A stretch of DNA of 64,000 nucleotides from the human T2T-CHM13v2.0 reference genome, Homo sapiens: the NCBI RefSeq assembly GCF_009914755.1, contig NC_060947.1. One strand, 5' to 3'. Both the position numbers and the translations under genes were made by a program. Below are positions 41,795 through 60,955 of the stretch, one piece after another; the first letter of the stretch is position 1; each line of letters opens with the position of its first letter. A model generated the notes under the pieces. That model worked only from the letters and a program-made list of their open reading frames with translations. It made no database searches and was not told the DNA's origin.

Positions 41795-43006
41795 TACTAC
41801 CTTAAAGTTTTTCTAAAACAGTTTTATTCTAAGCCATTCTTTGATGCAATATTTTCTTTGCTGTACAATTTTCTCTCATTTAAAGTATATTTTTCTAAGG
41901 CATATATGCTTCCCTTGATAAAGAAGGATGCATCTCAGATGCTACAAAAAGATGATGTTAACTGATATATGCTAACTCACTCTACAGTAGTTTTACAATT
42001 GTGGGCATGTTGAGATATTTTTACTAAGTTAGCATAGTGAACCATCTACTTTCTATTAAAAAAGAAGGAAAAAAAACAGACTAAGGAGATAAGACATTCG
42101 CTCTTGTAGACTTATGAAAATATTGCAGAACATTTGTAATTTATATCAAACCTCTTTAGTTTGCCCTACACTATGCCTTATGTCCCTTTATGCTGCTTAC
42201 TGAATGAATACGCTCACTCTTTCAAATGAAATTTGGATAATAATTTTAATTTCAAATGATAGACAAAGATCACTTTACCATATGTGAAAAAATATCGAAA
42301 TGTGTTTATTACACATTATCAGGAGCAATAAAATAAATATACCAAAAGGTCACTCTGGAAAATGATTTTGTGAATAAAATAACATGGCAGGCTTCCCCTG
42401 AGAGATATAAAGCATGAAACCACCATGAAAAGATTTATCTCTCAGTTGATTTTCTTCTCTGTATCACTAAAATACCAAACTCAGCTACTTACATAATAAT
42501 CAGTGTAACAGTCATTTTTAAATGTTTGAATTATCCTCTACTTCCCTTAAGAAATATAATTTAATAGGCAATTCAGTGAAAATATACTATTGAAATGTTT
42601 GGACTAAAATCAGCCATGAGCTAAAGTCTGTTTTATACTGTTCAGATTTTTTGGGGGGAGGGGGTGGGGTCTTTGTTTTTCATCAGTGAATGCAAATGAA
42701 ACATTTAGGAGACAGAGGTCAAACGGAATGTCAATGTGAAATATGAATAAGACCAATTTATTCTGACTAGTAAGCTTTTGAACTTTACTAAAACAGTTTC
42801 GTGATAGTAAAGGATTTGAATATTTCACATTTTTTATTGCTAGTTTGAGAAAAATTATTAAAATATAATTCCTTTCCATCAAAATGTTACACTGAAAAGG
42901 CTTATTCTGAAACAAACAAAAAATGAGATTTACAATCTCCAATAGACAGCGAGGGAGGTAAAAGAAAAAAAAAAAGCAAGAAGAATTTAAAATAAAGATA
43001 CAGTTT

Positions 43007-43463
43007 GTATTAGTTTTGTATTGTTGTGGAACAAATTGCCACAAATTTAGCAGCTTAAAACAATACTTATTTATTATATTACAGCTTCCATAAGTCAGGA
43101 TTCCAGTCACAGCTTAGCTGGATCCTCTCAGAAGGCTACGATCAAGGTGTCAGCCAGACTGAGTTCTCATCAGAGGCTCGACTAGGAGAGGATCTGCTTC
43201 CAAGTTCCCTCAGGTTGTTGGAAGGATTCATTTTCTTGTGGCTAAGCTCACAGGAGCTTTCTTCTTCAAGGGCATCAGGAGAGTGGAGAGCGAGTCTACT
43301 CAAAGACTTCTATACAAATCATAAGGTAATCACATGAGGGACATACCATCATCTTTGCCATATTCTGTTGGTTACAAACAAGTCACCAGTTCCACCTGCA
43401 CTCAAGGGGAGGAGATTATACAGGGTGAACATGGGGGCCATCCTAGAATTCTGCCCACTTTAC
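43007..43463 (-). mobile_element. MLT1D/E-like solo LTR
   Basis: tgtattagttt...caaattgccacaaatttagcagcttaaaacaa...gggggccatcctagaattctgcc. Confidence 0.8.
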
Positions 43464-44954
43464 AGTTGAAACAGTATTTTTTAAAATGCCAATGAAATCC
43501 AAGATAGACAGTTTATCTTGGATAAACTTTTAGCACCTTTTGATTAACATACCTGTTGGACTTTACAACTGTAAGATTAGTAAGCACAAGATTCCCCAGT
43601 ATTTCAAGGATTTAAAGGGAACATGGTAAAAAGGTACTCTTTGCTATGCAAAATCTAGCCATCTAGCATTGCTGTGGCCCTGGCCAGTTTGCAGCTCTGG
43701 CCAAAAGAGGGCTGCTGAGTCCAGCCCTGTCCACAGTGTATACGGGCACACCTGACTACATCATGCACAGCAATCCTGTTTGTGGCACCACTGATGAATT
43801 ACCCCTATTCAAGTGAACAGGCATTGAGACCCTAAGGGGACCACAGGGTCTGGTTCATTCACCACAAACACAGTCTTCCTTGAATGTTAGCAATGAGTTT
43901 AGTCATCTCATTAGGAGACTTGAACAGAAGTGAAGGTAAACACTATTCATGTCAGAAAAAAATATAACGTGGTAGGTAGTAAGATATGTAAACAAAGGAC
44001 TACAGTTCTCTGCCTTTTGAAAGCATACCTGTGCTACTTGTCTGAAGTAAAAAAAAAAAACAACTGTGCATTATTCTGTATGAAGCATCTTTTGCATGTG
44101 TTCATGTGTATAAACAGGATTATGGGTTATGATGTAGGAATTGAGGATAAACTACATTTTATATTTTTTCATATTGTGGAAAGAAGAAATAAACTATACT
44201 CCTGTGTTAGCTGGATTCTCTGAGAAGCAGATGCTGAAATTGAATTAGAAGGGCAAAAGGTATATTGGGAAGTAACACCTGAGAGGATGCAGGATTTGGC
44301 AAAGAATGTTGTGTCTGCACAACTCTACGTGACCCACAAAAGTCATACATCTGGCCTTTAATTTTTTAAAAGAATCAAGAAGCTCTATGGTTTTATAGTA
44401 TCTGGCTCTTGTTTATAATGATTAGAACTATCTCACAGAACCTCAGGGACTTAGGCAAATTCTCAGAGGTTGTCTATGCCAACCCTTCATTGTTAGACAG
44501 GGATGCATCAAATCACCCTGAGTGTGGGGAACATTTCCACCTTTGCGATGGCCCAGGTAACTGGTTTTACAAAATCCTTTGTTCAGCTGTTTCACTAAGA
44601 GGTTGTAGACATTGGAGTCTTCCTAACTAAATCACGTCTACTCCAGATTAAGAGTAGGATAGTATTCTCTGGTGGCTACTTTCTTTTTGCCAGTCCCTCA
44701 CATGTTGGGGTTCACTAATATCTTCTTCTCTTCTTTCTTATGAGTCTTCCCAAGAACTCATTCAGCCCATAATGTCAATAGTGCCAAGGTTGAGAAATCC
44801 TGCTGTATAGAGACAACTCCCATTTCACATCCTCTGCCCAGGTTTCACTCCCAGGCTCCACATGCCAAGATGAGGAATATTTAATCTATATTCTAAATAG
44901 AGTAAAAAGCAAGGTCATCAGATGAAAAGGTGTTGGGAGCAAGACTGGCTTATT

Positions 44955-45222
44955 CCATTAAGCATAGTAGTCTAAGTGCCTGCTTGGGACCCACAATATT
45001 TTCAAGGGCCCATGAAAAATGTTTTAATTTTAATTTCTTTTGAAATCAGGAGGAAAAAATGAATATTGTAACAATGAATACATAATAATAAATCACACTT
45101 GGATTGTGTTTGTCTTTATAACAACTTGATGATGAAACATAATTTTTAGTATTTTTTAATAGAGGAAGGGACCCATGAAGGCAGAAGTATCCAGGGCCCA
45201 CAAAAATCATAATGCAGCCCTT
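44955..45222. mobile_element. hAT-Tip100 (Arthur1/MER69-like) DNA transposon remnant
   Basis: Repeated gggcccatgaaaa/gggcccacaaaaa motifs and terminal cataatgcagccct. Confidence 0.55.
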
Positions 45223-46233
45223 TTAAGGAGGAAGAGGAGGAACAGGAAATTTGGAGTGGATAAAGTGTGAAATATCCTTGTGGGCAGTGGGAAAGTAGTT
45301 TGAGGAGAGAAATGTAAGATTTTCTGTAAGACTGCCAGGTAGTATCAAATGCCCATTTGGGGTTGATATGCATCAACTTATAAGCATACCAATTTGTCTG
45401 GTAGTGTAGTTCCCTAGCAAAGTTTAGCTGCATGGGTATGGCACAAAGTGGGCAAATGTTTGAAAATTTCCAGTGCTTACCATTTGGAGTAAGGGAGAGA
45501 GAAGCAAAGGAGATAACAGAATTTCCAAGAGAATGTATATGAATTTATATAGTAATGAACGGAGGGAGCTAAGCTGGACAAGAAGTGAAGTCAGAATCAA
45601 TTGGATCAAAGTGGAAAAGTCAATAATCAATCAGGTTGAAAAATGGTAATCTATGTGTGAGATTTGGGGAAGGTAGCATGTGCTCAAATATGCATTCATC
45701 AAGAGCTAGAAAATGTGATAATATAGATGAGTTACTTTGGGAAGACCTTGTCGATTTGTCAGATTTCTTGTTAAAATACGTATTCTTGAAAAGGGAAAAA
45801 AAACTATGTTCTTTTCAGTTAGCACCTTAGCTTATAGCTAGCTGTAACTGAAATCTAATAAGCAGTAGGACCCTGAACATGAGCCTAGGAAGCAGGCCAA
45901 TTCAAACAAAGATCCATTTGCCAAAAAATCTACTCAACTTGGAGAATGGCCAGCATGATAAATTGCCAATTGTAGTATTACTTAGTCACCAAACATTGTT
46001 TCTGTTTACCAGTATAAAATCTGTAGCAATTTATGTTGAATGAGACAGTTCACCAGCCACTGAAGCTTTTCAAATGTTTTATTTTAGTTAGTATAGATCA
46101 GCTTAGGTTTCATTTTTAATTTACTGCAGCCATTTTACCATAGCCCTTTTGCAATAGATTTGTCAGTTCAACTCAATTGAACCTTATTTTCTGTGTGATT
46201 CACATTTTAGACATCAAGTACTCTTCAACTGCC

Positions 46234-46662
46234 TATTGGGAGACAATTTCCACAGCTCTCTCATGTTTCTGCACAACTTGTAAGCAAGACAAGACTCTCT
46301 TATCTTCTGGACTCTATTTTCAAGAATACTCATATAGTGAACAGTGTCTTCTTCCTGAGCGAAGGGCATAAATGCTACTTTCCATTTTAAAAGATTCAAG
46401 TTCCCTAAGCTCGGAATTCTTCTGTAATGCAACCCATTGTGTGTGCAGGTATCACCTGGCATTCTTCCCATTACCCTGTGGGAATTGGAGCTCAGGGAAC
46501 CTTCATAGAAATTCTGATAGTCTAGCTACTGCTATTTCTATGAGTAATAAATTGTTTCTGACCTAGAAGTCTTGTGTCTTCTGCTGGCACCCATGAAATT
46601 ATGAGGCTAAATTGTTAGATTACAAGTGAGGTAAAATCTTGGACGCTTCCCAGTTCTTGACA
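46234..46662 (+). mobile_element. LTR40-like ERVL solo LTR
   Basis: tattgggagacaatt...gagtaataaa...cagttcttgaca. Confidence 0.7.
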
Positions 46663-47349
46663 CTGACTAAAATACATGCATATTCGTTTTATCAAGTCAG
46701 TTTGAAAAAAAATCTATGAATTAAAATAATTACAAAATTCTAAGGACTGAATTTGTAATATATTGGATGAACAAAACCCTCTACCTTGGTTCTGAAATTC
46801 TTGATAGTTGAGATATGTGTAACATTTGTAATTTGAAATACACAAGTAATTCTCTATTTAAAAGGTCATATATCCAAAGTATTGAAAAATCTAGAATACA
46901 TTAAACTTTAGCTATCCATGGTGAAAGGCAGTGGCAAAACAGCTGCAGAAAAGCTGAAACTAGATTCAATTAAATCTTTGTGCCAAAACCAAGTGCACAA
47001 AAATCTCCCAAAGCTGTTAAAACTATACAGCTTATTTGCTATAAATTTTATAAATGGTTAAATAAAACAAGTTTTGAAGTAATTTGGTAAATTGACAAAT
47101 TTTTCACTCATTGATTTGTTGTAGCTAATGAGGGATGGTGGGGAGTGGAGAAGGGTTCAGAGAACTTGGGAAGGATATAAAAATGGAGGTATGTGGGGCA
47201 AATGCCCCCAACTACATGTTTTAATCAAGAACACCAGCCTATGATCAAGGGAATTTTCATATACAGATGAGAGCTAGTCTCACTTGATCTTTCTGCATTA
47301 AAACTGTTACAAAGCAACTTCTTTATCAAATGAATACAATCACATTTAG

Positions 47350-47620
47350 TAGAGGCTCTAGTTAAGACCTGAGGCTATACTGACCTGGGTTAGAGACCTG
47401 GCTTTTACATTTTTACCTAATCTCTCTAAGCCTTAATTTCTCAGTTTTAAAAGTGCAGGTAATCATAGCATGTGTTTCCCAAGGATGTTGTAAAGATTAG
47501 TGTCAGGATGGCTGAGTGGTGTAAGGCACCAGACCCAAGGATGTTGTAAGGATTAATTGAAATATCCACTTGAATTGCTTAGCATGATACCTGCTATGTA
47601 GAAAGTGCTTGATAGCCTTA
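47350..47620 (+). mobile_element. MIR hosting a tRNA-half insertion
   Basis: ctaatctctctaagccttaatttctc...gttgtaaggattaattgaaata...gcttagcatgatacctg. Confidence 0.75.
47502..47539 (+). pseudogene. Tailless retropseudogene: 5' half of tRNA-Leu(CAA)
   Basis: gtcaggatggctgagtggtgtaaggcaccagacccaag matches 34/38 to the recalled tRNA-Leu-CAA 5' part GTCAGGATGGCCGAGTGGTCTAAGGCGCCAGACTCAAG; 24-bp TSD; no poly-A. Confidence 0.88.
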
Positions 47621-47768
47621 ACAATATATATCATTAAGAAATTTCCTTGGAATGGGAATTTCAAACCACTTTATCAAATATACTTACTTCCTCACTTACT
47701 TTTGTGGTTTGGTAGCTTTTTCTTTACACATTTAGGAGGTGGGGAAGCACAGAGATATAGCACTTTCT

Positions 47769-48061
47769 TTTTTTTTTCTTTGAGACAGAGTCTCGCCCTG
47801 TCACCCAGGCTGGAGTGCAGTGGCGCCATCTTGGCTCACTGCAACCTCCGCCTCCCAGGTTCAAGCTATTCTCCTGCTTCAGCTTCCTGAGTAGCTGGGA
47901 CTACAGGTGCACGCCACCAAGCCCGGCTAATTTTTGTATTTTTAGTAGAGAAGGGGTTTCACCATGTTGGCCAGGATGGTCTCGATCTCCTGACCTCGTG
48001 ATCCACCCGCCTTGGCCTCCCAAAGTGCTAGGATAACCGGTGTAAGCCACCGCACCTGGCC
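47769..48061 (-). mobile_element. AluSc-like, full length
   Basis: ggccaggatggtctcgatctcctgacctcgtgatcc; TSD agatatagcactttct at 47753-47768 and 48062-48077. Confidence 0.95.
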
Positions 48062-48106
48062 AGATATAGCACTTTCTAAAAGGTCTATAAATCTTTCTAA
48101 AGATTA

Positions 48107-48439
<333 letters not shown>

Positions 48440-48469
48440 TTACAGGTAGGAAGGCACACATTATATAAG

Positions 48470-48917
48470 TTAAAATTCAGTTCAACTATGAGTGACAGAA
48501 AACCCTAATGAGTGGTAGCTTAAACATACAATGTTTACTCCCTCAAACAAAATGTCTGCCTGATATGTAGCTGATGTGAGGCTCCATGGTGTCAGGGTCC
48601 CAGGTTTCTTTTATCTATGGCTTTGCCATCTTTATCACATGAACCATAATGACTGCTTGAGTTTCTTATGGTCTAAAATGGTTTCTTGAGTTTCCTATCC
48701 CCATCCAGTCAGGAAGAAAAAAAAAAAAAAAAAAAAGGAATGACTGATGAAGCGCTTGCTTTTATTTTAAGAACACTTCCTGCAAGTTGCACATACCAAT
48801 TCTGTTTGCATTCTTTTGGCCACAACTTACCTACTTGGCCATGCCTAGCTTCAAGAGAAGAGAAATGTAGTCATTATTTTGAGTAGTTATATGTCCAGAT
48901 GGAAATCAGGGGAGCTA

Positions 48918-48918
<1 letters not shown>
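48470..48918 (-). mobile_element. Old MLT1 (J/K-like) LTR
   Basis: gagtgacagaaaaccc...gtagcttaaac...cttggccatgcctagcttcaagaga..gagaaatgtagtc. Confidence 0.6.

Positions 48919-48972
<54 letters not shown>
48919..48972. repeat. (CA)27 microsatellite
   Basis: Seen directly. Confidence 0.97.
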
Positions 48973-48974
<2 letters not shown>

Positions 48975-49306
48975 GCACAAAACAGATACTGGGGACAACT
49001 CATCTTCTTTGCCTCATACACTGAAATTAAGCCAGATTGGTCTTGTTTTTGAAAGAAAGTAACACTGTTAGTAAGAGAGACTTTGGTATTGTCTAATCAA
49101 ACTTCTCTCTTTTTGTGGATGAGACTCATGTTGTCTGAGTTCAAGTTCAGATATCATCCATTCCTTGAGCTTGTATGTGTGATACTACACACTACAACCT
49201 AGCACAGAGAGGATGAGAAGACAAGAAATGAGAACTTAGGTGTTACTTAGTATTTATTTATAATAGTAGTTTTAAAAATGCTGTCTTGACACAGTTTTGA
49301 GGCCCT

Positions 49307-50343
49307 GGAAATAACATTTTAAAGTAAAAACGTTAAAGTTTAAAGAAGAGCTTTGCCACTTAAACGGGGGAGTTTGTCTGGAAAATATATTGAGTTGAAA
49401 CACTTCATCCTTGGAAGGATTATATACGATGAACAATTGCATATAAATGTGTGTTTTAGAGAGATGTGAACGGGCAGTTAGTCCAGTGCCCTCATTTAAG
49501 AGGCCAAAATCCTGACTCAGAGGAGGTGTCCTTTGCCCAGAGCTTCTTAGCTAATCTGACCAAATGTTGGGAAATATATCTTACCTAACCTACTATTCCT
49601 TAATTATGGATTTTGTGGAAAACAATAAAACATGTTAATGAGTAATTTATATTAGTTCAATTTATTACAATTTTTTAGCTTTAAATTACAGTTTTCTTAT
49701 AATGATGAAATGTTTTAGAATCCTTTGAATCTAAGTATTTACTTATTTCCTAAATAAAACATTAGTACAACATTTGATGTTTTACTTATGAAATATCCTC
49801 CTCTCCCAAGATAATTAAAACTTTTTCTTTCTATTTAAAAGCTAAGAAATGATGTTTTAAAGGAAAAATGAAATTATTTTCTTTTAGCTTCTTTTAAGGT
49901 AAAACAGCTTTTTTACTCTGTTATTGTGGTAATGGACAGAAAATTGCATACCAAAATATTCTGGGAGAGCATTCTCCTAGTTGGTTTTAAATCATTGTGC
50001 TACCTGAAAGGTTTTTTGATTTTGTAGGAGCTATTTTGTCCACCAGCATTAATGTGACACTAGTTATGAAAATATATTGAAGGACAAGAAGTGGACACAA
50101 AGTGATTTTTGTAACCTGGGCAGTTAATGAATGTGCCAACGTTTTCGAGGAAGGGACAGCAAGAATATTCTGCCCTGTAGTTAAAATACTGGCTGGCTTT
50201 TAATGTCTTCATGCTTAATCGTGATCACTTTCTTGCACTGTGATGTTTTTACGTGAACATGTTAAAATGGAAGTCTACCATATTACTTTATAAAATGTTT
50301 TCTGTATGCCAGTAAACTGAAAATATGGATCAACAACAACAAC
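49307..50343 (+). pseudogene. Processed retrocopy consisting only of an mRNA 3'UTR (resembles HNRNPA3 3'UTR)
   Basis: ~1.04-kb non-repeat insert, AGTAAA signal at 50311, (CAA)n tail, direct repeats at 49275-49306 and 50344-50374, TTTT/AAAA L1 endonuclease site; parent gene identity is from memory only. Confidence 0.8.
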
Positions 50344-50375
50344 AAAATGCGTCTTGACACAGTTTTGAGGCCCTA

Positions 50376-50790
50376 TGTAGGGGTTAGTCAATTTTCACTG
50401 AGCAATCGGTTAAGCCCATATCCCCAACCACCTCCCTTATGAGACTCTCACCCTCCTGGCCACCATACACTTTTCCTAATTACTCTAAGGGCAGGTATCA
50501 GATAACCAGAGGCAGCTCCTATACCCTGGAGCCCACTGAAAGTGCTCAAATTAGTCAATCCTAAGCCTGCGTATCCTGCCTCATCCATTCCTTCCTGCAG
50601 AAACCACAATAAAGACACTTGTCTTCCCTCTTCCTTTGCCTCACGACCAACCTTGGTGCTTCCCCTGAGTGGCCCTGTGTGGCATATTGTGTTCTTCCCA
50701 GAGAACTGTCAGTATAAGAAACTGTAAAACTCTTTCTGGTTTCTGTCTGTTGATCTGCATCTGGCCTCACCAGGTAATATAACTAAAACA
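50376..50790 (+). mobile_element. MER74/MER73-like ERVL LTR
   Basis: gagcccactgaaa...caatcctaagcctgc...gaaaccacaataaag...ggtgcttcccc. Confidence 0.65.
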
Positions 50791-50929
50791 GTATTAAATT
50801 AATACTGAGTTGGAAGAATAACAATTTGTATTTAATATAAATGCTTTTCCAGCCATAATCTTTGAGGCACAAATGAAATAATGGATACAACTTTAAAGAA
50901 TGACAATTCCTTGTAAATGTAGGGTATTA

Positions 50930-53557
50930 TAGTTGACTCTTAAACAACATGAGTTTGAACTATATGGCTCAACTTGTACATGAATATTTCTCAGTAAATA
51001 TATTTGAAAATGTTTTAGAGATTTATGACAATTTGAAAAAAACTTGAAGATGAACCTTGTAGCCTAGAAATATCTAATATTTTCTAAAAGTTAGGTATGT
51101 CATGAATGCATAAAATATATGTAGACACTAGTCCGTTTTATCATTTACTACCATAAAGTGTACATGAATCTGTTATTAAAGTTTGTTAAAATGTACACAA
51201 ACACTTAAAGACTGCACATGAGAGAAATGTAAACAAATGTAAAGATGAAGTATTAAATCATAATTGCATAAAATTAACTGTAGTACATACTTTACTACTG
51301 TAATCATTTCATAGCCACCTATTGTTGCTACCGTGGTGAGCTCAAGTGTTGTGTATTCACTGAAAACACCATTTGGTGCTAATCATCTCCACAGGAGCAG
51401 TTCGTCTCTCTAGTAAATTGCATATGGCAGTAAAAAGTGATCTCTCACATTTCTTGTGTATTTTTCATCATGTTTAGTGCAATACTGTAAACTTTGAGTA
51501 ACATCATGAGACCTATATGAAGTGCCACTAATGATGCTGGAAATGCTCCCAAGAAGCATAGAAAAGTCATGACATTATGAGAAAAAGTTGATTTGCTTGA
51601 TATGTACCATAGACTAAGATCTGCAGCTGCAGTTGCCCACCATTTCAAATGAATCCACTGTAAGGACCATTATATAAAAAGAAAAGAAAATGTGTGAAGC
51701 TGTCACTGCAGCTATACCAGCAGGCACAAAAACCTTGCACTTTTTGCGAAATACCTTTTTATCTCATATTGAAAAATGCAGCTTTTATGTGTGTGCAGGA
51801 TTGCTATAAGAAAGGCATACCTATAGACTTTGAGATTAAATTTAATTTAAGATTTGAGAAAAGCAAAGTCATTATATGACAGTTTAAAGCAAAATGAAGG
51901 TGAAAGATCTAAAACTGGAGAATTTAATGTCAGCAAAAGATGGTTTGATAATTTTAGAAAGAGGTTTGGCTTTAAAAATGTCAAGCTAATAGGAGAAGCA
52001 GCTTCTGCCAACCAAGAGGCAGCAGATAAGCTGCCAGACACCATTAAGAAAATTGTTAAAGAGAAAGGACATCTCCCTGAACAGGTTTTTAATGCAGACA
52101 AAAGAGCCATATTCTATTTTTTTAAAGTGCCACAAAGGACATTTATTTTGCAAATGCAGTTGCGTTTATGATCAGGACTTCCCTTGTCTATAAAGCTGCT
52201 AACCTTTGAGCCTTGAAAAGAAAGGTAAGCACCAGTTGCCAGTATTTCGGCTGTACAACAAGAAAGCCTGGACAATGAGAACACTTTTTCTGGACTGGTT
52301 CCATCTATGCTTCATCTTTGAAGTCAGCAAGTATCTTGCCATTAAGCGATTGCCTTTTAAAGTTCTTTTGATATTGGACAATGTTCCTGGCCACTCAAAA
52401 CCACGTGAGTTCAACACCTAAGGTGTCGAAGTGGTCTGTTTGCCTGAAAACACAATGTTTCTAATTCAGCCTCTAGATCAGAGGTTATAAGGGTCTTTAA
52501 GTCTCATTACACATGGTTCTCTATGGAAGGGACTGTCAATGCTATGGAAGAGAACATCGACAGAGGTAGCATCTTGAAAAGCTGGAAGGATTACATCATT
52601 GAAGATAACATTGTTGCTATAGAAAAAGCTGTCGAAGCCATCAAGCCCAACTAAATTCCTGCTGAAGGAAACTGTTTCCAGATGTTGTGCATGACTTCAC
52701 AGAATTTATAACAGAGTCAATCAAGGAAATCATAAAAGAAATTGTGAATATGACAAAAAGGGTGGTGGATGAAGAATTTCAAGATACAGATCTTGTAGAA
52801 ATTCAAGAGCTAATAGACATCACACCAAAGGAATTAACAGAAGACAACTTGATGGAGATGAGTGCTTCTGAACCAGTGCCAGATGATGAAAAAGAAGATG
52901 TTGAAGAAGCTGTGCCAGAAAACAAATTGACATTGGACAATCTGATGGAAGCATCCCAATTTTTCAAGACTTATTTTGACTTATTTTACAACATGGGCCC
53001 TTCTATAATATGGGCACTGAAATGAAAGCAAACAGTGGGAGAAGGATTGGTATCATATAGAAACATTTTTATAGAAATGAAAAAGCAAAAAAGTCACATT
53101 GCAATGTATTTCCATAAAGCTACACCAATTGTGTCTGCCTTTCTTGCCTTCCCTTTCTCCTCCTCCACCTCTTCCACCTTTGCCACTCTGAAACAGCAAG
53201 ACTAACCCCTCATCTTCCTCCTCTTCCTCAGCCTACTCAACATGAAGACAACAAAGATGAAGACCTTCCTAATGATCCACTTCCACTTAATGACCAGCAA
53301 ATAGATTTGCCTATCTTATAATTTTCTTAATAACATTTTCTTTTCTCTAGCTTTCCTTATTGTAAATGTAGAGTATACAGTGCATATGATATAGAAAATA
53401 TGTGTTAGTCAACTGTTTATGTTATCAGTAAGGCTTCCAGTCAATAGTAGGCTATTAGTAGTTATGTTTTGGGGGGAAGTAATAAGTTATACATGAATTT
53501 TTGACTGGGTAAGCTGTCAGTACCCCTAACTCCCACATTATTCTAGGGTTAACACTG
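50930..53557 (+). mobile_element. Near full-length Tigger2 (pogo/Tc1-mariner) DNA transposon
   Basis: TIRs (c/t)agttgactcttaaacaaca / tattctagggttaacactg; ~2.63 kb. Confidence 0.9.
51543..53290 (+). pseudogene. Disrupted Tigger2 (CENP-B/pogo-like DDE) transposase
   Basis: Frameshifted fragments: SKRWFDNFRKRFG (HTH), EQVFNAD, LLILDNVPGH, QPLDQ, acidic C-terminus (52687-53025). Confidence 0.88.
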
Positions 53558-54044
53558 CCACGATATTACCTTCCTAGATATATTGCTGATCTGTTTCAGA
53601 CCTTCATCATATATTATTTAGACAACTAAAATACAATTAATTCAGTTATTGATTAGCTTTACGAATATCAGTTGAGTTCTCTACTATATGCCAAACTCTT
53701 TACTAGTTACTGAAGCACTTTATTAGAATAAGACATGTTTTTCTTGCCTTCAAGAATCTTACATTTGAATTAGAGTTACATATGCAAGTAATTAATTACA
53801 ATGTAATGTTATAGATGGATAATAAAAAATAATCATGAAAGCAGAGGAAGGAGACTCCTTGGTTATCTGGGGGAAGAAGAACTTCACAGAAGCTGATATT
53901 TGAAGTGTTTTGAAGGACAAATTGGAGACAGAAAACAGACTGATAATCTTAAAATTCCAGATAAAATGTGGCAAACATCCCTTTAAATAGACATTTGAGA
54001 CCATAAGAAAGCAAAGGAGTTACACAGAATTCAAAAAATAAAGA

Positions 54045-54562
54045 AGTTCTATTTCTGGAATGGCAACATAAGAGGTTCCATGGACACATTCAACAGTGAA
54101 ACTGAGGAAAATTACTTTAAAATAACCATTTAAAGGCAGTGGAAATTGTCCTAAGTGTATATAGCAAATGAGGAAACATTTATTCGGGAAAACATACCAA
54201 AACTTGGTAAGAACAGCAGGGGTCTGTGGTATTTGATCTATAAGCCTACTTTCACCCTTCCTGCTTCTGCTCAGAGTGGCAGAAACTCTGGGCAGGTGTG
54301 GCTAGGAAAATGGGGTTCCCTCTCCCCTCAGCTTCCAATCCAGTGCTATGGTATATCTTTCCAAGAGGGATGAATGTCAGCATTTCTCATCTTGAACCCC
54401 AGCTACCTGTTGCACAGGCTAAGTTCTGGATGGGAGCAGCAGAGAGAAGTGTCTCCCTTCTTTTGCCCAGCCAACATTCTTTAAGGGGAATTAGACTTCA
54501 TCAAAATAATTCAGCCAGTCACTAAACAAATAAACAAACAAGTGACAGTAACATGCCCAGAG
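54045..54562 (+). mobile_element. Isolated 5' end of an old L1 (L1M4-type)
   Basis: ttctggaatggc...aaccatttaaag...ggaaattgtcctaag...gaaacatttattc...cttggtaagaacagc. Confidence 0.7.

Positions 54563-60955
<6,393 letters not shown>

Noticed and set aside
42610-43110. 166-aa minus-strand ORF
   Set aside because: Starts in an MLT1 LTR, low-complexity F/L/I-rich, no recognisable domain
47502-47539. Functional tRNA gene
   Set aside because: Only the 5' half is present; no variable arm, T-arm/B-box or acceptor 3' strand
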